A stretch of DNA of 50,087 nt from Candidatus Geddesella stercoravicola. GTDB taxonomy: Bacteria > Bacillota > Clostridia > Oscillospirales > UBA644. The position numbers and the translations under genes were made by a program. Location: assembly GCA_904398665.1 (NCBI GenBank), contig CAJFPG010000062.1:1-50087 (forward strand), read 5' to 3'. A model generated the notes under the pieces. That model saw only the letters and a program-made list of their open reading frames with translations. It had not been told where the DNA came from and searched no databases. Below are positions 11,886 to 20,309 of the stretch, piece by piece (within the stretch, counting starts at the first letter, position 1; every line of letters begins with the position of its first letter).

Positions 11886-12232
11886 TTACTTTCATTAGAT
11901 TCATTTTTCGCTTTTGTTTTTTAGACTGTCTTTGTGTTACTTTTGGTTTTTATTAGATTGGTTTTTTTGCTTTCTTTTTTTATTGCCTTGTCTTTTTTCC
12001 TGGGCTTTTATTAGATTGGTTTTTCGCTTTCATTTTTTATTGCCTTGTCTTTTTTCCTGGGCTTTTATTAGATTAGTTTTTTTTTGCTTTCGTTTTTTAT
12101 TGTCTTGTCTGTATTGCCATAGGCTTTTATTAGATTGGTTTTTCGCTTTCATTTTTTATTGTTTTGTCTTTTTTTTCTGATTTATTTAATTTGATTTTTA
12201 CTTTTTTATTGCCTGATTTTGTCTTTGTTTTT
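11886..12232. repeat. Five to six tandem copies of a ~57-62-bp unit inside the atpB-atpE spacer
   Basis: ATTAGATT(G/C/A) anchors occur at 11894, 11952, 12010, 12067 and 12129. The plus-strand unit is TTTTATTAGATTGGTTTTTCGCTTTCATTTTTTATTGCCTTGTCTTTTTTCCTGGGC. The copy at 12181 is degenerate, and decayed copies seem to extend back to ~11760. Confidence 0.85.
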
Positions 12233-12301
12233 AAAAACTTGTTTTGCGGCTTTTACTTTTTTTATTTTATTTATGCGTTCATTTATTTCTTTTCTTTGGT
12301 T

Positions 12302-13198
12302 TTATCCTTTTTCCTCAATACTCTCGTAAAGCTCGTTGGTTGGTTTGGGATTGTAAGGAGAATTTTCCCCGGTTTTCTTGTGCTTCTCTCGTTTTTTCTT
12401 TTTTTCACTCGGTTCGGACACTTCCCCGTAAAACAGCGCCGTCAGCATCGTTAAAACATAAGTTTGTATGAGCGCGTGAAGGAGTGTGAATAATACCGCG
12501 ACAACCACCGGTAAAATAAAACTGAGACTTATATAGTGATATACGAGCTCTGTTACGAGAGCTCCGCTTAATAGAGCCCCGAATAATCTGAAACTCATAG
12601 ATATCGGCAGAGAAAAATCTTTAAGCGTTCTCCCTATTCCTCTTATGCCGTTTCCGACTATTCCTCCTGATAAAATGACAAGGTAGGAAAGACAGCCGAG
12701 CATTATCGCCGCGTTTATGTCTGATAGAGGAGCGGGAAGAGACATCGGCATTCCCTGTGTTGTTATCGCTTCGAAGCCCGTAAGCTCGAAAAGCGTTCCT
12801 ATAAAAATATAAGTTCCCGCCGAAAAGATATAAGCTCCGAGAAAAGTATTTCGGTGAGGGCTATTCGTTTTCGCGAGGTTGTCAAAAAATTCCACAGCCG
12901 ATTCTATCACCGCCTGAAATTTTCCGGGAACTGTTTTAAATCTAGGTATCGCGACAATTCTTATAATAGCAGCGGCGATAAGAAGTATCGCGGTTACCGA
13001 GATGGCCGAGATCATCGCGGGATTTACTTCTATTCCGAAAAAGTCTATTTTATTTGTTCCATGCAAAACGGCGTCTCTCATCGTCGTTTGTATGCTCTCT
13101 TCCCCTTTCGCTGGGGATGTAAGAAATACTCCGGCGGTAATCGCGGCTATAAGTAGTAACCATACGATGATAAACGTAATTCTTTTCTTTTTGCTCAT
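12302..13198 (-). CDS. atpB: Fo ATP synthase subunit a with a Lys-rich C-terminal tail
   Basis: Polytopic protein. It has the essential Arg motif SMSFRLFGALLSG and the penultimate/last helix LHALIQTYVLTMLTALFY. The ~45-aa tail is EPSEKKKKREKHKKTGENSPYNPKPTNELYESIEEKG. Confidence 0.88.
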   Translation of the reverse strand: MSKKKRITFIIVWLLLIAAITAGVFLTSPAKGEESIQTTMRDAVLHGTNKIDFFGIEVNPAMISAISVTAILLIAAAIIRIVAIPRFKTVPGKFQAVIESAVEFFDNLAKTNSPHRNTFLGAYIFSAGTYIFIGTLFELTGFEAITTQGMPMSLPAPLSDINAAIMLGCLSYLVILSGGIVGNGIRGIGRTLKDFSLPISMSFRLFGALLSGALVTELVYHYISLSFILPVVVAVLFTLLHALIQTYVLTMLTALFYGEVSEPSEKKKKREKHKKTGENSPYNPKPTNELYESIEEKG

Positions 13199-13294
13199 AA
13201 TCCTTCCCTTTCTTTATCAGAAAAGATTTTCTTATTTTTCACAAATTTATAAACAATTTATTTTTTTGTTTTTTTACCGGCGTCGTTTCTCGGC

Positions 13295-13328
13295 AGAGGA
13301 ACCATCGGAATCTTCCGATGGTTCCTCT
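13295..13328 (-). terminator. Perfect 16-bp-arm palindrome just downstream of the thrS stop (terminator, attenuator or RNA-stability hairpin)
   Basis: AGAGGAACCATCGGAA-TC-TTCCGATGGTTCCTCT lies 8 nt after the thrS stop. No U-tract follows on the minus strand, so it is not a canonical intrinsic terminator. Confidence 0.45.
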
Positions 13329-13336
13329 CTTAAAAA

Positions 13337-15100
13337 TTATGTTCTCTCTTTGATTTCTTTATGCAATTTTTCTAAGAAGGTTTCCGCAGACATCGTCTCG
13401 GTTTTGTCGGTAGCTCTGTCTCTTACCGATATCGTACCGTTTTGAACTTCTTGTTCCCCGATTATTATCATGTAAGGAACTCTGTCTACTTGCCGCGCTT
13501 CTCTTATCATATATCCGATTTTTTCGTTTCGATTGTCAAATTCCACGCGGATCCCCTCCGCCTTTAACTTCTCATAAATCTCTTTGCCGTATTCCTCGCT
13601 TTTTTGCGACACCAATAATACTTTTACCTGTACCGGGGCGAGCCATGTGGGGAATTTCCCCGCGAAATGCTCGGTCAGGATTCCGATAAACCGCTCAATA
13701 GAACCGAAGCATACTCTGTGGATCATTATCGGACGCTGATTTTGACCGTGTTCGTCGACGTATTCAAGCTCAAAATTAAGAGGCATTTGAAAATCAAGCT
13801 GTATCGTTCCGCATTGCCAAGTTCTGCCGAGACAATCTTCGAGATGAAAATCTATTTTCGGTCCGTAGAAAGCCCCGTCTCCCTCGTTTACGGTATATTC
13901 AAGCCCGAGTTTTTCGAGCGCTCCTTTGAGTCCGTTTGTCGCGGCTTCCCAATCCTCGTCGCTTCCCATACTGTTTTCCGGACGGGTTGAAAGCTCTATA
14001 AAATATTTAAAGCCGAATTTCTCGTAAACTTCGTTTATGAGCCGAACAACTCCCGAAATTTCGTCGGTAATCTGATCTTTGGTCATAAATATATGGGCGT
14101 CGTCCTGCGTGAAACAGCGGACTCTGAAAAGCCCGTGCAACGCTCCGCGAAGCTCGTGTCTGTGGACGATACCGAGTTCCCCGACTCTGAGCGGAAGTTC
14201 TTTGTAACTGTGCGGACGGCTTTTATATACCATGACCCCTCCGGGACAGTTCATAGGTTTTATACAGCAGACCTCATCGTCTATCACGGTGCTGTACATA
14301 TTGTCTTTATAATGATCCCAATGCCCGCTTGTTTCCCAGAGTCTGCGGTTCATTATCAGCGGAGTCGAGACCTCAACGTAATTTTCCCGGTAATGAATTT
14401 CTCTCCAATAGTCTATCAAAGAGTTTTTTATCGCCATGCCTTTCGGTAAAAAGAACGGGAAGCCGATCGCTTCGTCGGCGAACATAAAGAGCCCCATTTC
14501 CTTACCGATCTTGCGATGGTCTCTTTTTTCCGCCTCTTCCTGCAATTTTAAGTAAGCGTCAAGTTCCGCCTGACTCGCGAAAGCGATGCCGTTTATGCGG
14601 GTCAGCATTTTATTGTTTTTATCGCCTTTCCAATATGCTCCCGATTGTTGAGTTATTTTGAACGCTTTGAGCGCTTTTGTGTAAGTCAGGTGCGGTCCGA
14701 CGCACATATCGATATATTCGCCTTGTTGATAAAAGCTTATAACCGCGTCGTCGGCGAGATCTCCTATATGCTCTTCTTTGTATTTTTCCTTTCTTTCTCT
14801 CATCAGCTTTACGGCGTCTTCTCTTGGGAGAGTAAAGGTCTTTATGGGGAGATTTTCCTTGACGATTTTCTTCATTTCCGCCTCTATACGGAGAAGATCT
14901 TCGTCTGATAATTTTATGTCGCCGAGATCGACGTCATAATAAAACCCTCTTTCGGTCGCCGGACCGTAACCGAAATCCGCTTCGGGATAAAGGCGTTTTA
15001 TGGCTTGCGCCATAATGTGAGCGGCAGTATGCCGAATGACGTGAAGTTCTTCCTCGGGAGGAAGCTCTCTCACGATACCGTCGTTGTAGATCGCTTTCAT
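13337..15100 (-). CDS. thrS: Threonine--tRNA ligase lacking the N-terminal TGS domain
   Basis: Editing-domain HxxxH (IRHTAAHIMAQAIKRLYP) is at residues 21-39, versus ~70-88 in E. coli ThrRS. Class II motifs are present (FRVRCFTQDDAHIF, GILTEHFAG), as is the anticodon-binding domain. 587 aa. Confidence 0.95.
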   Translation of the reverse strand: MKAIYNDGIVRELPPEEELHVIRHTAAHIMAQAIKRLYPEADFGYGPATERGFYYDVDLGDIKLSDEDLLRIEAEMKKIVKENLPIKTFTLPREDAVKLMRERKEKYKEEHIGDLADDAVISFYQQGEYIDMCVGPHLTYTKALKAFKITQQSGAYWKGDKNNKMLTRINGIAFASQAELDAYLKLQEEAEKRDHRKIGKEMGLFMFADEAIGFPFFLPKGMAIKNSLIDYWREIHYRENYVEVSTPLIMNRRLWETSGHWDHYKDNMYSTVIDDEVCCIKPMNCPGGVMVYKSRPHSYKELPLRVGELGIVHRHELRGALHGLFRVRCFTQDDAHIFMTKDQITDEISGVVRLINEVYEKFGFKYFIELSTRPENSMGSDEDWEAATNGLKGALEKLGLEYTVNEGDGAFYGPKIDFHLEDCLGRTWQCGTIQLDFQMPLNFELEYVDEHGQNQRPIMIHRVCFGSIERFIGILTEHFAGKFPTWLAPVQVKVLLVSQKSEEYGKEIYEKLKAEGIRVEFDNRNEKIGYMIREARQVDRVPYMIIIGEQEVQNGTISVRDRATDKTETMSAETFLEKLHKEIKERT

Positions 15101-15104
15101 CTAA

Positions 15105-15372
15105 TCCAATCAATCCTTTCCAAACGGAAAACACCCCAGAAAACAGGATATTCCCGTAATTTTCTAAGGGTGCCTTATCGCACGGTTCCACCTTAATTTT
15201 TAACTCTTTTCAATCTTTTACGCAGATATACGTCGCGGCTTACTCAAATTTTCCGCCGCGCGGCTCCGGAATGGTCTTCGCGGGAAAGACACATAAGAAA
15301 CTCACAGCCTATGTTTCTCTCTCTGAATGTTCTTTTCCCGTTACTCTTTCCTTCATCGCCTTTATAATTCGG
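15105..15372 (-). promoter_or_regulatory. T-box riboswitch leader of thrS (candidate Thr ACC specifier)
   Basis: In minus sense: GA/K-turn start GGCGATGAAGGAAAGAGTA; candidate specifier GAAG-ACC-A (ACC = 15273-15275); T-box sequence AATTAAGGTGGAACCGTGCG (15179-15198). The terminator is CACCCTTAGAAAA...TTTTCTGGGGTG followed by TTTTCCGTTT (15122-15172). Confidence 0.85.
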
Positions 15373-15376
15373 TCTG

Positions 15377-15405
15377 ATTTTAACACAAAAAGAATACTTT
15401 GTCAA
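15377..15405 (-). promoter_or_regulatory. Sigma-A-type promoter of the thrS leader
   Basis: TTGACA (15400-15405), 17 nt spacer, TAAAAT (15377-15382) on the minus strand, immediately upstream of the T-box leader. Confidence 0.6.
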
Positions 15406-15649
15406 GCATATAAATATGAAGTATTGTTGACTTTTTGTTTTTTAAATGATATACTCATAAAAACGTCTCCGTAATATGCTTTCCAAATTGTTTTTCGTAG
15501 AAACCAGAACCGAAAAAGTTTTCGGAAATCGAATATCGGAAACCGAATAAGCGTAAACGCGGAGATAAAGTTTCCGAACTTTTTAGTATATTTGGTGTAT
15601 ATTTACTCGAACTTGAAATATCGAGGTTTTTATCCGGGAGGGATTCTTT

Positions 15650-17443
15650 ATGACGGCGAAAACAAAAACAAAAACAGAAATTTTTAACGACGAAATTTGT
15701 GGTGAAATTCCTCGTCCCGAATATCCACGTCCCTCTCTGAGAAGGAAAGACAGCAGCTGGATGAATTTAAACGGGCGATGGGAGTTCGAAATTGACGCTT
15801 CTGACAGCGGATGGGAAAGATTCGTTTGGAAAAAAGAAAAGCTGGACGGAGAAATTATCGTTCCTTTTGCACCCGAGAGCAGTCTTTCGGGCGTTGAAAA
15901 TCAGGATTTTATGAAACGGGTCTGGTATCGTCGAAAATTTTCTCTTAATGAAAAACAGCTTTCCGACAGAGTTCTTTTGCATTTTGGAGCGGTAGATTAT
16001 ATCTCTTATGTTTGGGTAAACGGGACTATTGTCGGTAATCATACCGGGGGATATACGCCGTTTTCCTTTGATATAACCGAAAATTGCCGTGAAGGAATAA
16101 ACTCTGTTGTCGTTACCGCGTTTGACGACACGAGAAGCAAAGATCAGCCCTCGGGAAAGCAATCATCCGATTACGATAATTTCGGGTGCTTTTATACGAG
16201 AACAACCGGGATATGGCAAACAGTTTGGCTTGAATTCGTTCCTCGTACTTATATAACGAACGTTTGGCTTGCTCCGAATGTCGAGAGAGAAAATGTGAAT
16301 GTACGGGTTCGGATAGTCGGAGACAATGTTGAGGAGGGGAAGGAGACTCGGTTTTTTGCCGCGGTCAAAAAAGACGGAAAGACGGTATCGGAAGAGAAAT
16401 TTCTGTTTAGGGGAGATGAGACCGTTTTTTCTTTGCCCGTAAAGAATCCCGAGCTGTGGGACGTCGGGAACCCCGAGCTTTATGACATAGAAATACGCGC
16501 GGAAGATGATAAAGTATTATGCTATTTCGGAATGAGAGAGATAAAGATATCCGGTAAAAAATTTCTTTTGAACGGCAGACCGGTTTTCCAGAAACTTGTT
16601 TTGGATCAGGGCTATTATCCCTCCGGCGTGTATACCGCGGAAAGCGACGAAGAAATTTCAAGAGATATAGAACTTTCAATGGCCGCCGGGTTTAACGGGG
16701 CGAGAATGCATATGAAAATTTTTGAGCCGAGATATATTTATCACGCGGACAAAAAAGGATATTTGCTTTGGGGAGAATATCCCAACTGGGGATTGGAGTG
16801 CGATAGAAAGGGAGCCGCGGAATATATGCTTCCGGAGTGGATAGAAGAAATTAAAAGGGATTTTAACAGCCCGGCGATAATCGGATGGTGTCCCTTTAAC
16901 GAGGCGGGAGGCGATAACAGCAAAGATCTTTTCAGGTTAGTATACGAAACGACAAAACTTATAGACCCGACGAGACCCGTTATCGATACTTCCGGATGGT
17001 TTCACTCCAAGACCGATATTTTTGACGTTCATGATTACGAACAGGATCCCGATAAATTTGCCTCTCACTATATCGGGCTTTCTCAGTTGAAAGATTTTTA
17101 TGTTGATTTTCCGGAACAGAATTTGAAATATGACGGGAAAATACCGTATTTCGTGTCGGAATGCGGAGGTACGTTTTACGATGTTGAAAATCCGAGCGAG
17201 GGTTGGGGATACGGTGACAAACCCGAGAACGAGGAAATGTTTTTTCACCGTTTTGAGACAATTGTGACCACGCTTATCGATAATCCCGACGTCTGCGGTT
17301 TCTGCTATACTCAGCTTTATGACGTTATGCAGGAAAAAAACGGATTGTATACTTACGATCGGCGTTCGAAGTTTGATGTTGAGAGAATAAGAAAAATTGT
17401 CGGAAAAACTCCCGCTGTCGAAAACGGCTTTGAAAAAGACTGA
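15650..17443 (+). CDS. Glycoside hydrolase family 2 protein (beta-galactosidase/glucuronidase/mannosidase-like)
   Basis: GH2 sugar-binding domain pattern (LNGRWEFEID, VWVNGTIVGNHTGGYTPFSFDIT). The TIM barrel has a candidate acid/base in WCPFNEAGG and a candidate nucleophile in YFVSECGG. RBS GGGAGGG. Confidence 0.85.
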   Translation: MTAKTKTKTEIFNDEICGEIPRPEYPRPSLRRKDSSWMNLNGRWEFEIDASDSGWERFVWKKEKLDGEIIVPFAPESSLSGVENQDFMKRVWYRRKFSLNEKQLSDRVLLHFGAVDYISYVWVNGTIVGNHTGGYTPFSFDITENCREGINSVVVTAFDDTRSKDQPSGKQSSDYDNFGCFYTRTTGIWQTVWLEFVPRTYITNVWLAPNVERENVNVRVRIVGDNVEEGKETRFFAAVKKDGKTVSEEKFLFRGDETVFSLPVKNPELWDVGNPELYDIEIRAEDDKVLCYFGMREIKISGKKFLLNGRPVFQKLVLDQGYYPSGVYTAESDEEISRDIELSMAAGFNGARMHMKIFEPRYIYHADKKGYLLWGEYPNWGLECDRKGAAEYMLPEWIEEIKRDFNSPAIIGWCPFNEAGGDNSKDLFRLVYETTKLIDPTRPVIDTSGWFHSKTDIFDVHDYEQDPDKFASHYIGLSQLKDFYVDFPEQNLKYDGKIPYFVSECGGTFYDVENPSEGWGYGDKPENEEMFFHRFETIVTTLIDNPDVCGFCYTQLYDVMQEKNGLYTYDRRSKFDVERIRKIVGKTPAVENGFEKD

Positions 17444-17456
17444 GGTCCGGCTCATG

Positions 17457-17860
17457 TAAAACGGGAGCCGTTAATGAAATGATACGATTTTGTTTTTTAC
17501 GGGAGCTGCTAATGAAAAGATATAATTTTGTTTTTTATGGAAGCCGTTAATTAAAGGGCATAATTCCATTTTTTACGGAAGTCGTTAATGAAAGGACACG
17601 ATTTTGTTTTTTAAGGACTAGTCAAAAAAAAGATTACAATTTTGTTTTTTACAAGGGTTGTTAATTGTTAATAAAGTGAGCTATTATTTTCGTTTTTTAC
17701 GTGAGTCGTTAATGAACGGAATACGACTTTGTTTTTTTTTACAGTAACCGTTAATGAACGGAATACGACTTCGTTTTTTTACGGGAATCGATAATGAAGG
17801 GAATATGACTTCGTTTTTACGGGGACCGTTGCCGAAGAGAGCGACGTTTTCCGTTTATTG
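17457..17860. repeat. About 10 tandem degenerate copies of a 38-48-bp unit (TTTTTTACGGGAGCCGTTAATGAAnGGAATACGAyTTTG)
   Basis: Read directly. The array starts 14 nt after the GH2 stop and ends at the bidirectional hairpin next to the leuS stop. Confidence 0.85.
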
Positions 17861-17862
17861 AT

Positions 17863-17892
17863 TTGACCCGCCTTAACTTTAAGGCGGGTCAA
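17863..17892. terminator. Bidirectional terminator hairpin between convergent GH2 and leuS
   Basis: TTGACCCGCCTT-AACTTT-AAGGCGGGTCAA (12-bp stem). It lies 11 nt beyond the leuS stop. The plus-strand side is followed by a T-rich run. Confidence 0.7.
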
Positions 17893-17903
17893 ATTTATTT
17901 AAC

Positions 17904-20309
17904 TTATTTAATTACGAAATTTATCATTTTTCCGGGGACAAAAATTTCTTTGACGATTGTTTTTTTGTCGATAAGAGGAGCTATTTTTTCATCTGTCTTC
18001 GCGGCGTTTATCGCTGCGTCCTTGTCAATGTCTTTCGCGAATTTCAAAACCGCTTTCAGCTTTCCGTTTATCTGCACGGGAATTTCGATTTCGTCGTCAA
18101 CGGTCTTGTTTTCGTCATAGCTCGGCCATTCAGCTCTCGCTATAATGTCCTCGAATCCCGCTTTTTCCCAAAGTTCCTCTGTTATATGCGGGGCGAAAGG
18201 ATTGAGAAGCGTGAGGAATGTCTCTAATTCCTTGTGTGAGATTCTGCCTTTGGCGTAGATTTCGTTTATCAGCGACATCATCGCCGCTATGGCGGTGTTG
18301 AATTTCATTCCCTCGATATCTTCCGAAACTTTTTTCACAGTTTTATGGAAAGATTTTTCAAGGTCGGAGGAGTATCCCTTTTCGTCGGACAACAATTCGC
18401 CTAAGGCGTATACCCTGTCGAGAAATCTGCGGCAGCCTTTCATGCTGGACGTGGACCACGGCGCGGATTTCTCAAAATCGCCGATAAACATTTCGTAAAG
18501 GCGGAGAGTGTCCGCTCCGTATTCGGCGACGACCTCGTCGGGATTGACGACGTTTCCTCTTGATTTGCTCATTTTTTCGCCGTTTTCTCCAAGGATCATT
18601 CCGTGAGAGGTTCTCTTCGCGTAAGGCTCCGGCGTCGGTACGACTCCGATATCGTAGAGAAACTTATGCCAGAAGCGAGAATATAGGAGATGAAGCGTCG
18701 TATGCTCCATGCCGCCGTTATACCAATCGACGGGCATCCAGTAGTCGAGCGCCTCCTTTGAGGCCAGAGCGTCTTTGTTTTCGGGATCGGTATATCTGAG
18801 GAAGTACCAAGAAGAACCGGCCCATTGAGGCATGGTGTCCGTTTCTCTTTTCGCCGCTTTACCGCATTTCGGGCAGGTGGTATTGACCCAGTCCTCTATT
18901 TGGGAAAGAGGGGATTCTCCGGTGTCTGTGGGCTGATAGCTTTTGACGTCGGGAAGCAGTAAAGGAAGTTCGCTTTCAGGGAGAGGAACTATTCCGCAGT
19001 GGGGACAATGTACTACCGGAATCGGTTCTCCCCAGTATCTTTGGCGGGAGAATATCCAGTCGCGGAGTTTATAATTCACTTTCGGTCTGCCGACGCCCTT
19101 TTCGCTTAAATATTCGATTATTTTCTTTTTCGCGTCCTCAACCGACAGTCCGTTTAAAAAGTCGGAATTGACCATTGTGCCGGTCTCAATGTCGGTAAAC
19201 GCCTCTTTTTCTATGTCGCCTCCCGCGACAACCTCGATCATCGGCAGAGAAAACGCTTTCGCGAAATCCCAGTCTCTTTTGTCGTGCGCCGGGACGGCCA
19301 TTATCGCTCCGGTCCCGTAGGTCATTAAGACATAGTCGGATATGAATATCGGAATTTCTTTTCCGTTTACGGGGTTTATCGCCCGAACGCCTTTGATTTC
19401 GACGCCCGTTTTTTCTTTCGCGAGTTCGGTTCTCTCAAAGTCGCTTTTTTTTGCCGCCTCTTCGCGGTACGCTTCTATTTTATCGAAATTTTTTATTTTA
19501 TCTTTCCATCCGTCGATATAATGATGCTCGGGAGATATTACCATATAGGTAGCTCCGAAAAGAGTGTCGGGACGGGTGGTGTAGACGGTGAGAGTTTCTC
19601 CCGCCGTTGTCTCAAAATCAACTTCCGCTCCGGTCGAACGGCCTATCCAGTTCTTTTGTTGGGTTTTTACCCTCGGGATATAATCGACGAGGTCAAGGTC
19701 GTTTATCAGTCTCTCGGCGTATTTTGTTATTCTCAAAACCCACTGGGTCTTATTTTTTCTGACGACCGGACTCCCGCAACGTTCGCACACGCCGTTGACG
19801 ACCTCTTCGTTGGCGAGCACGCATTTGCAGGAGGTGCACCAGTTGACCGCCATTTCGGTTTTATACGCCAGATCGTTTTCGAGCAGCTTTAAAAAGATCC
19901 ACTGAGTCCATTTGTAATATTCGGGGTCGGTCGTGTTTATTTCTCTCGTCCAGTCAAACGAAAGACCGAGAGATTTTATTTGTTCTTTGAAACGTTTGAT
20001 ATTTTTTTCGGTCACGATCGCCGGATGAATATTGTTTTTTATGGCGTAATTTTCCGTCGGAAGTCCGAAAGCGTCCCAGCCGATAGGAAAGAGAACGTTG
20101 TATCCTTCCATACGTCTCTTCCTCGCGACTATATCGAGGGCGGTATACGGACGGGGGTGTCCGACGTGAAGTCCTTGTCCGGACGGATAAGGAAATTCTA
20201 TAAGAGCGTAGTATTTCGGTTTGGAAAAGTCGTTTGAAGCGTTAAAACACCCTTCTTTATCCCATCTTTCCTGCCATTTTTTCTCAATTTTTTTATGATC
20301 GTATCCCAT
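17904..20309 (-). CDS. leuS: Leucine--tRNA ligase
   Basis: HIGH motif (HVGHPRPY), KMSKS (KMSKSRGN), CP1 editing domain, 801 aa. The start overlaps the upstream stop (TAATG). Confidence 0.97.
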   Translation of the reverse strand: MGYDHKKIEKKWQERWDKEGCFNASNDFSKPKYYALIEFPYPSGQGLHVGHPRPYTALDIVARKRRMEGYNVLFPIGWDAFGLPTENYAIKNNIHPAIVTEKNIKRFKEQIKSLGLSFDWTREINTTDPEYYKWTQWIFLKLLENDLAYKTEMAVNWCTSCKCVLANEEVVNGVCERCGSPVVRKNKTQWVLRITKYAERLINDLDLVDYIPRVKTQQKNWIGRSTGAEVDFETTAGETLTVYTTRPDTLFGATYMVISPEHHYIDGWKDKIKNFDKIEAYREEAAKKSDFERTELAKEKTGVEIKGVRAINPVNGKEIPIFISDYVLMTYGTGAIMAVPAHDKRDWDFAKAFSLPMIEVVAGGDIEKEAFTDIETGTMVNSDFLNGLSVEDAKKKIIEYLSEKGVGRPKVNYKLRDWIFSRQRYWGEPIPVVHCPHCGIVPLPESELPLLLPDVKSYQPTDTGESPLSQIEDWVNTTCPKCGKAAKRETDTMPQWAGSSWYFLRYTDPENKDALASKEALDYWMPVDWYNGGMEHTTLHLLYSRFWHKFLYDIGVVPTPEPYAKRTSHGMILGENGEKMSKSRGNVVNPDEVVAEYGADTLRLYEMFIGDFEKSAPWSTSSMKGCRRFLDRVYALGELLSDEKGYSSDLEKSFHKTVKKVSEDIEGMKFNTAIAAMMSLINEIYAKGRISHKELETFLTLLNPFAPHITEELWEKAGFEDIIARAEWPSYDENKTVDDEIEIPVQINGKLKAVLKFAKDIDKDAAINAAKTDEKIAPLIDKKTIVKEIFVPGKMINFVIK

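Noticed and set aside
11711-12471. Plus-strand ORFs of 81, 88, 96 and 75 aa, extremely Phe/Leu/Cys-rich
   Set aside because: They are translations of the T-rich strand of the atp-spacer tandem repeats. They have no RBS, the peptide sequence is repetitive, and they are antisense to the atp operon and to the 3' end of atpB.
17457-17860. Possible CRISPR array (also considered for 11886-12232)
   Set aside because: The periods are 38-48 bp and ~58 bp, the units are contiguous and mutually similar without unique 30-40-nt spacers, the repeats are degenerate, and no cas genes are in the window.
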